This document shows positions 51,101 to 58,157 of a stretch of 64,000 bases of DNA, one piece after another. Source of the DNA: Heteronotia binoei (Eukaryota); assembly GCF_032191835.1 (NCBI RefSeq), contig NC_083226.1, forward strand, positions 102,672,001 to 102,736,000, given 5' to 3'. The position numbers were made by a program, and so were the translations under genes. Each line of letters opens with the position of its first letter. Position 1 is the first letter of the stretch. The notes beneath the pieces were generated by a model, which saw nothing but the letters and a program-made list of their open reading frames with translations, was not told the origin of the DNA and did no database searches.

Positions 51101-54100
51101 CACGTGGCCCCTCCGCAAACCCAGTGATTCATGAGCGCCAGCTGCGGAGAGGGCAGCGTGCTTCCTCCTTGCCTGCCTGCTGGCTCCAGCTCTGACGCTT
51201 ACAGCAAGCGCCAGGATCGCTCCCTCCGCCCTCCGATCCCAGCGCTTGCTTTAAGCATCAGAGCTGGAGCCAGGCAGTCAGGCAAGGAGGAAGCACCCGC
51301 ACCCGCCGCAAACCCAGCGCTTCGCGAGCGCCGGCTGTGGAGAGGGCAGCATGCTTCCTCCTTGCCTGCCTGCCTGGCAACACCAATTTTCAATTTGACT
51401 ATTAGGTTCAATAGATTAGATGAACCATCCTTATAATCTTTAGGTGACAGATGAAGTCAATTCTTTCTGTTCAAGCATTCAGTAATTCTCATTCCACCAT
51501 CATTTCTAGAGTCTACTTTATTTTTATAGTTTATGACAAATGGCTGCTCTTTTAAATTTTGTTTTTAACTCCTGTCTTCAATTAAAGTCATTGAGTAACG
51601 TTCATACTTTATATTGTGTGCTGCCTTGAATAGAGAAGTAAGACAGCATGCCATTATTTTATAACCCTCTATATTATATCTTATAGCATAGTTCTCAAGG
51701 TAGCTTACAATAAAATACACACATAGTAAAACAAGTAAACACCAAAACAGCAGAGCAGGAATGCTTTAACAAGGTCAATCAAGATGGCAAAGGAGGGGCT
51801 GGGGGAACTCAATAACTCTGTCACCAATAACTTAGAAAACAAGAAGATGATATTGGATTTATATCCCGCCCTATACTCTGAATCCCTGAGTGGTCACAAT
51901 CTCCCATACCCACCCCCCACACAGGAAGGTGGGGCTGAGAGAACTCTTACAGCAGCTGCCCTTTCAAGGACAATTCCTATGAGAGCTATGGCTGACTCAT
52001 TCTAGCAGCTACAAGTGAAGGACTGAGGAATCAAATCCAGTTCTCCCAGATAAGAGTCCATGTACTTAACCACTACATCAAACAAGATCAACAGAATAAA
52101 CATCTAGTAAACAGATACAAGGAGGAAGATCAAATAAAGCACTTTGACAGAGAACGACCTATTCTTTAGGAGTTATCCATTTAATTTCAGAAAACATGGA
52201 CATGGAGCAGGGCTTCTGCTAAAGATCTTAAACAGCCAGGCACGATGAAAGTGGACAGCTCTTAGGTTACCCTAGTACCCATGTCATAGGTAAAGGTAGT
52301 CCCCTGTGCAAGCACCAGTCGTTTCCGACTCTGGGGTGACGTCACATCACGACGTTTTCACGGCACACTTTTTTACAGGGTGGTTGTCAAACATGGCTTT
52401 AAAAAGTAAGAACCAGCACTTTGTATCACATTGCATCATGTCAATGAAAGATCAAGACTGACAAGATCTGTCCTTAGTAACCTATTTTAGTAACCTATTT
52501 TAGTCAGCAACTTCTCAGTTGCCTTCTAGCTCAAATGAAGTTTCTGAACCATTTTCAAGAGCAGTGTCATGTGAAGTACACATAGGACTGTGGACCCCTG
52601 ATATAGATAAACCAATTTATGCCTAATCTCCATATGCAGCAGAATGAGGTGGAAGATAATAGGACTGTTAATGCGGTGAAATGGTTGGCATGCCAGACTA
52701 GGACACAGAAGACCCAGATTGAAATCCCTATTCAGTAATGAAGTTCACTGCATGACTTTGACAGGTCACTCTTTCTCAACAAAACATACATTGGAAAATT
52801 GTTGTAAAAATAAACGAGGGAGCAGGAGAACATGTGCATCTTAAAAGGAAAGGACAATACAGGATAAAAATTATCTAATTAAAAATATCATTGTATCTTT
52901 ACGGGATGTGGCCTGCCAATGATCCATGAAGGCAACTCTTATAACTGATCTGTCACTATGCATGCATATACACACATGTGAAATAAGCGGTTTTTAAAAA
53001 GATAATGCCTAAACCTGCTTGTTTTCCTCTTTCCTTTTGCATTATATTATTTTCAACTGGCCTGTGAGCCACCCTGAGCCTGCCTTGGAGGGGAAGGCAG
53101 GATATAAATCTAAAACTGTAAACTACTTGCATGTAAATGGGAGACAGGTGGTGTATAGCTGTATCAAGCCATGATGCTCTAACTTAGCCATTTTAAATTA
53201 CCGTCCTCAATGCACTTTACATGGTGCTGCCTTTGAAATCTGTTCAGAAACACCATCTAATTCAGAATGCAGCAGCTATCGACAGGGGCTAAACACAAGG
53301 ATCTTATCACCACTGTACTAAAGATCTGCAGTGGATGCTCATTTGCTGACAGGGTCAATACAAAGTGGTGGCTCTTACCTCTAATGCCCTAGAAGGTATG
53401 GGGTCAGCATAGCTGAAGGCCCACATCCTCTCATCAACCACTCAAGGTCCTCTTCCTGAGACATGTCTTCTGTTTTCTCCCACAGAAGTGAGGCAGGTGG
53501 GGACCAGAGACAGGGCTTATTCAGTGGTGGCACCTCACTTCTTGAATACAGTACTGCCCTTTAGCTACCAGGTCAAACCAATTATTTTTATCCAGGCCTT
53601 CCCCACCCCCAATTTTTACAGCCTGAGAACAATTTTACCAATATCATTTCAGGCCATTTAATATTGTTCTATGCTGTGTTTGTAGTTGGTATATTACTAG
53701 CTTTACTGCCAACTCATAATTTGCTTTATTATGTTGTTTCTATTTTGTGAGCCACCTTTACAGAACTCTGTAGAGATAGGATATAATTTTATGCATACAT
53801 AAAAAACATAGGCTGCTGTATTTACAGTGAGCAGCTTCAGAGGATGTTTCTGCCTCTAAGCCTTAAATAATCATGTAGATCAGTGGTCCCCAACCTTTTT
53901 TGGGACCAAGGACCGATTTTGCGGAAAACAATTTTTCCACAGACCGAGAGTAGGGTGAGGGTTTGGGGATGATACTGTGCGCTTTATTTTGGTGTGGTGG
54001 TTAAGTGTGTGGACTCTTATCTGGGGGAACCAGGTTTGATTCCCCACTCCTCCACTTGCACCTGCTGGAGTGGCCTTAGCTTAGCCATAGCTCTCACAGA

Positions 54101-55314
54101 GTTGTCCTTGAAACGGCAGCTGCTGTAAGAGCTCTCTCAGACCCAACTACATCACAGGGTGTCTGTTGTGGGGGAGGAAGATCAAGGAGATTGTAAGCGG
54201 GTCTGAGACTCTGAGATTCAGAGTGGAGGGCAGGATATAAATACAATGTCTTCTTATTATTACTCTCTCTCGGCTTGGCTTCGCGAACGAAGATTTAAGA
54301 AGGGTGCAATAGTCCTTATTATTACTACTACATTGTAATATATAATGAAATAATTATACAACTCACGGACCAGTTGCTAACAGGCCATGGACCAGGACCA
54401 GTCCACGATCCACAGACCAGGGGCTGGGGACCCCTGATATAGATAAACAAATTTATGCCTAATCTCCATATGCAGCAGAATGAGGTGGAAGAATTCTGAG
54501 GTTGTATATGAGTCACACCACAAGTAGGGAAAGCCTCCTTGTGGGGTGAGGGTTTGATGCACCTGGAAATCATGTCAGCTCCTGGTGACTGACCCCTACT
54601 GGGGGCTGGATAATATTCAGAGAGGTGGCTGAATAGAGCCTGCTACTGTGCTTCTGACTGGGCGTTTCAAGGAGATCTCCCATCCAAATACTAACCACAG
54701 TCAATCTTGCTTAAGCTTCTGAGATCTGACAAGATCGGGGTGGCATGGGCTACCCAGGTCAGGGTGAGAGTCTTGTTTTTAATGTTCCTCCATGTAAAAA
54801 CTTCTGACATATTAAGATTTAGCCCGTCAGGGAGAAAGGTGCTGGCACAGTCCTTCCCAAGATATGCCGGTTCTCCGTGTACACGGGATTGCGAACAATA
54901 TAAATTCTCTCTCCTCCTCTTGCACCTACCCTTTTCCCTCAACATTCTACCACTTCAGTTTCACTGTCCAGATTCTAGATGGACTCGAGCCATAGCCAAG
55001 AGACACAACTCCTACCCGGCCTGGGAACAATAAACAGGCTCGTCGCTGTGTGCTTTAAAGAGCAACACCCCCCCCCCTCTTTTCAGGTTAAGCCGGGCAA
55101 AGGGCTCCTCACCGCGCTGGTCCCCATATCGGAACCGCTCCAGGGCAATGTTGACGGCGATTTTCACTTCTTCATCGATGCGAATATCCTTTAGCCCCTT
55201 GGCACGGACACTGCCGGAGCAGGACGACAGGGAGGCGGCTGAGGCAGCGGAAGGGCCCCCGCTGGGCGGGCCGCAGCCCGGAGGCCGAGGGGAGACGCTG
55301 CTCGGGCGGGACAT
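3026..55314 (-). CDS. YTHDC2: YTHDC2 3'-5' RNA helicase / YTH m6A reader, coding exons 1-24 (3'-partial)
   Basis: 24 exons splice into an open 3366-nt frame (1122 codons). Peptides match recalled vertebrate YTHDC2: MSRPSSVSPR start, R3H region, Walker A GETGSGKTT, DEVH, SAA, ankyrin insert, motif VI QRKGRAGR, HA2/OB region. All introns are GT-AG except intron 15 (GC-AG). Confidence 0.98.
4689..4884 (-). CDS. YTHDC2: YTHDC2 exon 23 (196 nt)
   Basis: IPPANGQVAAIQALPTDWLIYDEM...ALQEPSSFR; CAG| and |GTATG. Confidence 0.96.
5288..5375 (-). mobile_element. Sauria SINE 3' fragment
   Basis: Matches the 3' end of the full copy at 60070-60367 (GTGCTTGCACAGGGGACTACCTTTAC). Confidence 0.7.
5621..5826 (-). 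CDS. YTHDC2: YTHDC2 exon 22 (206 nt)
   Basis: FVRARGGGDIRDVNTNSENW...VLSQPQYKK; CAG| and |GTAAA. Confidence 0.96.
5945..6160 (+). mobile_element. 5S-rRNA-derived SINE
   Basis: Degenerate 5S internal control region CCTGGTTAGTACTTGGATAAGAGACC followed by a non-5S body. Confidence 0.65.
7002..7364. mobile_element. hAT MITE
   Basis: CAGAGCTGCCA...TGGCAACCCTA TIRs; TSD CTATAAAC/CTATAAAA. Confidence 0.8.
7582..7708 (-). CDS. YTHDC2: YTHDC2 exon 21 (127 nt)
   Basis: AWQKARSDGWERAFCEKNFLSQATMEIIIGMRTQLLGQLRAS; CAG| and |GTAAC. Confidence 0.96.
8172..8522. repeat. DIRS-A 3' terminal repeat plus internal complementary region
   Basis: 8172-8224 is the perfect reverse complement of 8430-8482 (53 bp); 8483-8522 complements 14153-14192 (37/40). 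Confidence 0.93.
8565..9832 (-). pseudogene. DIRS-A tyrosine recombinase
   Basis: SAM-like N-terminus, TSARRVGEL, TFVKHY; frameshifts, and HxxR His lost near 8735. Confidence 0.88.
9571..10077 (-). pseudogene. DIRS-A Dam-like N6-adenine methyltransferase domain
   Basis: PEVDVVATRNNRKC...YLFPPIPLI...LITPWWPRQQWF, in the usual DIRS1 position between RNase H and YR. Confidence 0.8.
9990..11460 (-). pseudogene. DIRS-A reverse transcriptase / RNase H
   Basis: LDLQNAYFHI, LPFGLSTAPRVFTK, PYIDDWL; RNase H TSDASLWGWG, HINFLELLAI, ADNTTAMSYINRQGG; frameshifts. Confidence 0.92.
11466..13829 (-). pseudogene. DIRS-A ORF1 (gag-like, Cys/His-rich N-terminus), frameshifted
   Basis: CAKF...DGHTLCLLCLGESHRPDSCAHC N-terminus; RRxSWLR...LPFNGNGLF C-terminal block; split across frames and interrupted by an L2 tail. 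Confidence 0.8.
12139..12206 (-). mobile_element. Short L2-type 3' tail inserted in DIRS-A ORF1
   Basis: GCCGCCCTGAG...GGGCGGGATATAA plus (AAAT)n on minus strand; GCTTTT duplicated at junctions. Confidence 0.7.
14448..14720 (-). CDS. YTHDC2: YTHDC2 exon 20 (273 nt)
   Basis: TIDAMDTWEDLTELGYHL...SDHMALLRAFQ (HA2); CAG| and |GTAATG. Confidence 0.97.
15099..15218 (-). CDS. YTHDC2: YTHDC2 exon 19 (120 nt)
   Basis: ELCLHTKLLAPINCPIADFLMKAPEPPPALIVRNAVQMLK; TAG| and |GTGAGT. Confidence 0.96.
15627..16035. mobile_element. hAT MITE
   Basis: TAGGGCTGCCC...TGGCAACCCTA; perfect TSD ATACAGGG. Confidence 0.85.
16525..16715 (+). mobile_element. tRNA-derived SINE (Squam3-like), degraded
   Basis: A/B-box-like head (GGACTAGGATCTGGGA..CCAAGTTCAA) and GATAAAATG tail shared with other copies in the window. 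Confidence 0.55.
16935..17040 (-). CDS. YTHDC2: YTHDC2 exon 18 (106 nt)
   Basis: AGRCRPGICFRLFSKLRFQNMLEFQTPELLRMPLQ; AAG| and |GTGAGT. Confidence 0.96.
17524..17606 (-). CDS. YTHDC2: YTHDC2 exon 17 (83 nt)
   Basis: KSFDALNCVTMLKMVWISKASAIQRKG; TAG| and |GTAATG. Confidence 0.96.
17866..17946 (-). CDS. YTHDC2: YTHDC2 exon 16 (81 nt)
   Basis: [27 protein letters not shown] (motif V); CAG| and |GTATGT. Confidence 0.96.
18034..18121 (-). CDS. YTHDC2: YTHDC2 exon 15 (88 nt, GC donor)
   Basis: FQVFMLHSNMQTSDQKKVLKTSSPGIRKI; TAG| acceptor, donor ATA|GCAAGT. Confidence 0.92.
18417..20005 (+). mobile_element. Gmr1-like Gypsy remnant (LTR plus decayed SCAN-related gag)
   Basis: Reconstructed gag peptides FPHYQK.DDIEA, LERTCRDFGVPDEDRM..L.PQ, GETYAQLGC, KTFEELKQILVLEQ; putative LTR 18417-19176 (TGTGAT...ATCATCA) and degenerate PBS at 19181. 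Confidence 0.55.
20669..21723 (-). pseudogene. DIRS-B tyrosine recombinase
   Basis: SSACRVSEL, TAHSLRGAATS, SFTRHY (R-H-R-Y present), with frameshifts and a TAA at 20813. Confidence 0.88.
21800..22170 (-). pseudogene. DIRS-B Dam-like methyltransferase domain
   Basis: VTVDLFATADNHQVRRF...LNAFSPLQLI...LVAPVWPRRGCF. Confidence 0.78.
22170..23602 (-). pseudogene. DIRS-B reverse transcriptase / RNase H
   Basis: VDLSEAYLHVPI, ALPFGLKSSPQVFTK, PYLDDLL; TTDSSLSGWGAH; KTNNVTAKAYVNRQGG. Confidence 0.92.
23587..24885 (-). pseudogene. DIRS-B ORF1 (gag-like)
   Basis: IKAEWEHP, DRRMEQALQKDF, ARRNAWLRTWDAD...IPFKGVSVFG blocks typical of vertebrate DIRS ORF1; in-frame stop at 24607. Confidence 0.78.
26178..26880 (+). 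repeat. Complex (GATA/GACA/GATG)n microsatellite, split by a solo LTR
   Basis: Two blocks (26178-26328, 26752-26880) in the same orientation. Confidence 0.9.
26329..26751. mobile_element. Solo LTR (423 bp), possibly Copia-like
   Basis: TGTTG...CAACA inverted termini, 5-bp GATAG on both sides, AGTAAA signal. Confidence 0.65.
26935..27670 (+). mobile_element. L2-clade LINE RT fragment with internal deletion and 3' tail
   Basis: CGVQQGDILSQMMFNIYM...HQYVDDTQL peptide, then 3'UTR and AATAAA-rich tail. Confidence 0.8.
28169..28561. mobile_element. hAT MITE carrying a ~180-bp captured local sequence
   Basis: TAGGGTTGCCA...TGGCTACCCTA; TSD GTCCTGGC/GGCCTGGC. Confidence 0.8.
28655..28850 (+). mobile_element. 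tRNA-derived SINE (Squam3-like), degraded
   Basis: CTAACCTACCTCACAAGGTTGCTGT...GTAAGCTGCTTTGG body shared with other copies. Confidence 0.55.
29031..29211. mobile_element. Palindromic hAT MITE nested in another MITE remnant
   Basis: Long near-perfect inverted arms (TTTGCATATTAGGACACACACCCCTGATGTAGC), perfect 8-bp TSD GACATCAG. Confidence 0.85.
29912..30008 (-). CDS. YTHDC2: YTHDC2 exon 14 (97 nt)
   Basis: AVLIFLPGYDEIVGLRDRILFDDKRFADNPH; AAG| and |GTAAAT. Confidence 0.95.
30744..30922 (-). CDS. YTHDC2: YTHDC2 exon 13 (179 nt)
   Basis: ASLEFGNLDESS...FDDEKVDLDLIMHLLYNICHSCDA; CAG| and |GTAAA. Confidence 0.95.
31328..32195. mobile_element. hAT (Charlie-like) non-autonomous element
   Basis: CAGGGGTGTCAAAC...GTTCGACACCCCTG TIRs; perfect TSD GACTAGAG. 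Confidence 0.85.
33022..33087 (-). CDS. YTHDC2: YTHDC2 exon 12 (66 nt)
   Basis: TALDWAKHFGQTEVVDLLESY; TAG| and |GTAAC. Confidence 0.94.
33580..33706 (-). CDS. YTHDC2: YTHDC2 exon 11 (127 nt, ankyrin insert)
   Basis: DYRHSETSATTLMVASGRGFLSQVEQLIGMGANVHIKSSNG; TAG| and |GTAAA. Confidence 0.95.
34728..35045. mobile_element. hAT MITE (second truncated copy at ~34020-34325)
   Basis: ...GGACCCCTG end; TSD TTATAGAA/TTGTAGAA; body shared with 34020-34325. Confidence 0.7.
35232..35367 (-). CDS. YTHDC2: YTHDC2 exon 10 (136 nt)
   Basis: AEKDVNCLEPWLIKEMDACLSDIW...LILTENVS; TAG| and |GTAAGT. Confidence 0.95.
36037..36182 (-). CDS. YTHDC2: YTHDC2 exon 9 (146 nt)
   Basis: EEKQQTTLTEWYSAQ...DDGGDTVFSQL; TAG| and |GTAC. 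Confidence 0.94.
36339..36446 (-). CDS. YTHDC2: YTHDC2 exon 8 (108 nt)
   Basis: PGRPFEVKEMFLEDILRSTGYTNKEMIKYKKEKLR; CAG| and |GTTTGT. Confidence 0.94.
39626..39782 (-). CDS. YTHDC2: YTHDC2 exon 7 (157 nt)
   Basis: DEVHERDRFSDFLL...LILSSAALDV...CPVIY; CAG| and |GTAAG. Confidence 0.97.
40888..40990 (-). CDS. YTHDC2: YTHDC2 exon 6 (103 nt)
   Basis: VSPKTLLTFCTNGVLLRTLMAGDSALSTVTHVIV; CAG| and |GTAAGT. Confidence 0.96.
41885..42051 (-). CDS. YTHDC2: YTHDC2 exon 5 (167 nt)
   Basis: IPQFLLDDCYKNGIPCRIFCTQPRRLAA...YQIRLES; TAG| and |GTCT. Confidence 0.96.
43811..44010 (-). CDS. YTHDC2: YTHDC2 exon 4 (200 nt)
   Basis: ENREMSKTSG...VGETGSGKTTQ (Walker A); TAG| and |GTATGT. Confidence 0.97.
44890..45086 (-). 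CDS. YTHDC2: YTHDC2 exon 3 (197 nt)
   Basis: KGANRYLTVKKKDGS...GNVFAVEA; CAG| and |GTATG. Confidence 0.96.
45410..45525 (-). mobile_element. Penelope-like element terminal repeat fragment
   Basis: TTGTTGGTCTTAAAGGTGCCACTG...GGCTACCCATCTGAA motif, also at 56018-56175; family recalled from squamate PLE ends. Confidence 0.6.
45811..45901 (-). CDS. YTHDC2: YTHDC2 exon 2 (91 nt)
   Basis: EMEFPSSLTSTERAFIHRLSQSLGLISKSKG (R3H); TAG| acceptor, |GTAAGT donor. Confidence 0.96.
46100..47610 (+). mobile_element. L1 5' part: putative 5'UTR and ORF1 N-terminus (47210-47610)
   Basis: Coiled-coil ORF1 ending ENQIRLRGEPEEEGSDLR (RRM start); truncated at the T9 tract; 5' boundary uncertain. Confidence 0.7.
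47611..50950 (-). mobile_element. L1-clade LINE, 5'-truncated ORF2 plus 3'UTR and poly(A)
   Basis: End of EN (DHNP), KAPGPDGYT, DAEKAFD, GTRQGCPLSPLLF, FADD, CCHC CWKC..H.WWTC; AATAAA at 47636-47631 and A9 tail; several stops/frameshifts. Confidence 0.93.
50951..51377 (+). mobile_element. Tc2/pogo-like non-autonomous DNA transposon, one end only
   Basis: TA followed by CCGTATTTTTCGCACCATAAGGCGC TIR-like start; GC-rich internal repeats; no second TIR seen. Confidence 0.55.
51850..52082 (-). mobile_element. tRNA-derived SINE
   Basis: Reverse-complement homologue of 53990-54253. Confidence 0.65.
52285..52385 (-). mobile_element. Sauria SINE 3' fragment
   Basis: GGTAAAGGTAGTCCCCTGTGCAAGCACCAGTCGTTTCCGACTCTGGGGTGACG. 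Confidence 0.75.
53990..54253 (+). mobile_element. tRNA-derived SINE
   Basis: A box GGTGTGGTGGTTAAG, B box GGTTTGATTCC, tail GGATATAAAT..(TTA)n. Confidence 0.7.
54265..54315 (-). mobile_element. 51-bp RTE-type LINE 3' end
   Basis: Identical to 57254-57304; 11-bp TSD TTATTATTACT. Confidence 0.8.
54660..54765 (-). mobile_element. 5S-derived SINE head
   Basis: Minus strand CCGATCTTGTCAGATCTCAGAAGC...GGTTAGTATTTGGATGGGAGA resembles 5S rRNA. Confidence 0.65.
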
Positions 55315-55600
55315 AGCCAGCCAACACCGAGCTCGGTCGCACCCCGCAACTCTGCCGGCTGCAAGAGGCCGAATGCGCCCCGCTCGCGAGAAGGAAAGTG
55401 AAAGGAGGAGGGGCGGCGTCTGAGGGCAAGAGGCGGGACCTCGGATGGGCCGCGGTGACGCCACAGCCTACCCGGCGGGAAAAAGAGGCGAAAGCGAGGG
55501 AGGCAGGGAGGGGACACAGGCGAGGGGGCGGGGCTAGCGGGGAGCAGCTGAGCGAGGCTTTGCGCGACCCGCTTAAGGATAGCTGGCCCACCCAAGTCTG
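55020..55600. promoter_or_regulatory. CpG island / YTHDC2 promoter and first exon
   Basis: Abrupt GC- and CpG-rich stretch around exon 1 with several GGGCGG boxes, against an AT-rich CpG-poor background. Confidence 0.85.
55113..55314 (-). CDS. YTHDC2: YTHDC2 exon 1 (coding part, 202 nt)
   Basis: ATG at 55314-55312; MSRPSSVSPR...IALERFRYGDQR; donor G|GTGAG. Confidence 0.96.
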
Positions 55601-56017
55601 ATTTTTTTAGCCCGAGTCAGATTTTACGTTAAAGAGGCTGAATATTGCAGAGCTCTTCAGATACCGGAAGCCCCTGTTCGCAAAGCCCCAAGCACTTTCT
55701 TCCATTTAAGCTATTTGCAGAGACGGGCTGCCAGGCTAAAGTCTCTTGTCTCAAAAATTAAAAGGAGTCCAGACTTGCCACAAGAAAACAGAATGCTATC
55801 TTCCTTGCCCCGCTCCCTCCACCTCTTCATATCTGCCTATACCTGGTTGTAGTGACTGAGATCTGATAGTGCATCTGATAGTGTCTTCTACCCCACGGTG
55901 TTTGTGTCTCAATGACTTCCCCCGCTTTAATCTATGAAAGTACAGTTTTGAAGGCTCAAACCTTATTACAGATCATCCGGGGGGCGGGGTGAACAAGTTT
56001 TACTCATAAACACCAAC

Positions 56018-56175
56018 AGAACAAAGCAGGAATCCAGTAGCACCTTTAAGACCAACAAAGTTTTATTCAGAATGTAAGCTTTCGTATGCATGTTGGTCTT
56101 TGTCTTAAAGGTGCTACCAGACTCCTACTTTGTTCTGTTGCTTCAGATCAACACGGCTGCCCACCTGGATCTATC
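56018..56175. mobile_element. Penelope-like inverted terminal repeat pair
   Basis: GTAGCACCTTTAAGACCAA versus TTGGTCT..TAAAGGTGCTAC in inverted arrangement. Confidence 0.6.
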
Positions 56176-56745
56176 ATAAACAAGTTATCATGAATGAGTA
56201 TATCAGCTTCCATTGCACCATTATGTAGTGGTTAACATGTAGGACTAGGGAGACCCAGGTTTTAATCCCCGTCTGTCATGGAAGTCTGCTGGATGAATTT
56301 GGGCCAGTCTGGCACTCTCAGCATAACCTACCACAGGGTGCTATGAAAATAAGGGGGAAAGTAAAAGCCAGATCTACATGGACCCTAATGGATCCTCTAG
56401 ATTTTTTCACCAACTCCCCAAAATCCAGTAGCAAAGCAAAGGACATGTGAAGGCCAGGACCACAGACTAAAAGTCATGGTCCCAATACTTTGAAGTACAA
56501 CAATGGCACAAAAACATTGATCTGAGGAATGGATCCTCAAGAATTCATATGATTTTTGCATTGAAACAAAATAAAACCACCATCATATTGTAGATCATGT
56601 CTTAGTCTATAACCAGCACCACAAAAACCATCTGTCCACTGTGTTGTGGCACCATTGTACCATAAAAACTTAGTTCCAAAGCATGGATCCTCAGGATTTT
56701 TGCTTTGAGTCACTTAAAGTGCAACATCAAATAATGTATCATGTC

Positions 56746-56963
56746 TAGAGTTGCCAGACTCCAGGTGGGGCCTGGAGATCTCCCACTTTTACAACTGATC
56801 TCCAGCTGGCAGACATCAACTCCCCTGGAGAAAATGGTTGCTTTGGAGGATAGACTCCATGTCACTGTACCATGCTGAGATCCCTCCCCTCCCCAACTCT
56901 GTCCTCTCCTGAGCCCACCCCCAAAGTCTCCAGGTATTTTCCAACACAGACCTGGCAACCCTA
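56746..56963. mobile_element. hAT MITE
   Basis: TAGAGTTGCCA...TGGCAACCCTA; TSD ATCATGTC/AGCATGTC. Confidence 0.85.
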
Positions 56964-57178
56964 AGCATGTCCATACACACATATTACACCAGAAAAACAC
57001 CAGATATCCATTGCTTCATGGTGTCACTATGGCGCAAAATTGTGGTTCTGAAGCACAGAACTTCATGGATCCTCAAGATTTTTACACTGGGTTGACTTTG
57101 ACTATCCAATCACACATTATGTTCATGGCCACAGGGTGCATGACAAAAATCGCATATTCAGTACTTCATGGCACCACC

Positions 57179-57307
57179 GGCTGCAGCCGCTGTGGCCGGA
57201 CCTGCCTGTCCCACATTGGTCTTGTCAGCCACCAGCGAGCCTGCAGCAAACGTGGACTATTGCACCCTTCTTAAATCTTCGTTCGCGAAGCCAAGCCGAG
57301 AGAGAGA
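57179..57307 (+). mobile_element. RTE-type LINE 3' end
   Basis: CSRCGRTCLSHIGLVSHQRAC zinc-finger-like C-terminus, (GA)n tail, 9-bp TSD GGCACCACC. Confidence 0.8.
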
Positions 57308-58157
57308 GGCACCACCATGGCACAAAAAGATGGTTCCAAAGCAGATTCTCATAGATCCTCATTATGGCAGTACCATGAAACAATTTGTCCATATATTTTG
57401 TGATGCAATCTGTGGCCATAGGTGTGATAATTGATTTGATGGTAAGTTCTATGTGACCTCATTTTAAAATGATAAGGATCCATGCCTTGGGCCCATATTT
57501 TTGTGCCATGATGGCACCACAAAATAGTGAATTAGTGATTTCTGTTTTGCAACTGTGGCCATGGGTATAAGTGATTTGGTGGTGAGTTTGAGGTAACCCC
57601 ACATTAAAATCCTATGAGTTCATATGGATCCGTGCTTTGAATCCATGTTTTTGCACCATGATGGTGCCACAAGATGGTGGATCTGTGATTTTTATGGTAT
57701 GCCAGAAATATGATGAGTAATTTGGTGGTCAATTTGGGGAGACTGAACATAACAATCCTGAAGATCCATGGGGATCCGTGCTTTGGAACTATGTTTTTGT
57801 ACCACAGAAGTGCCACAAAATGGTGGATGCATGATTTTTTGTGGTTCTGCCTATGGACATGATATGTGATATGATGGGGAGCCAGGGGAAACCCAATGAA
57901 ATATTGTGGGGATCCATGGTTTAGAACTCTTTTTGCACTGCGGTGCCTCCACTGAGCAGTGGATACATTATTTTTGTGGTGTAAGCTGTAGCTACCGATA
58001 TCAAATGTGATATTATATTGAATTTGGGGTGATTCAATGCAAAAATCATGAGGATCCATAATTTGGAACTACATTTTTGTGTTGTGTTGTAGCACTACCA
58101 TGATTTTTGTGGTGCAAGTTGTAGTCATGAATATATGTGACTGTATAATGAATCTGG

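Larger units (their letters stand above)
53881..54436. mobile_element. hAT MITE (MER20/Charlie-like) with nested SINE and RTE fragment
   Basis: CAGTGGTCCCCAACC...GGGGACCCCTG TIRs; TSD ATGTAGAT/ATATAGAT. Confidence 0.8.

Noticed and set aside
55861-55883. C/D-box snoRNA suggested by repeated CTGA
   Set aside because: Just an 11-bp direct repeat (ATCTGATAGTG); no C box or terminal stem, and it lies upstream of the gene.
56018-56175. Hammerhead ribozyme in Penelope terminal repeats (also 45410-45525)
   Set aside because: The CGAAAGC half is present on the minus strand at ~56085, but the CTGANGA half is truncated in both copies.
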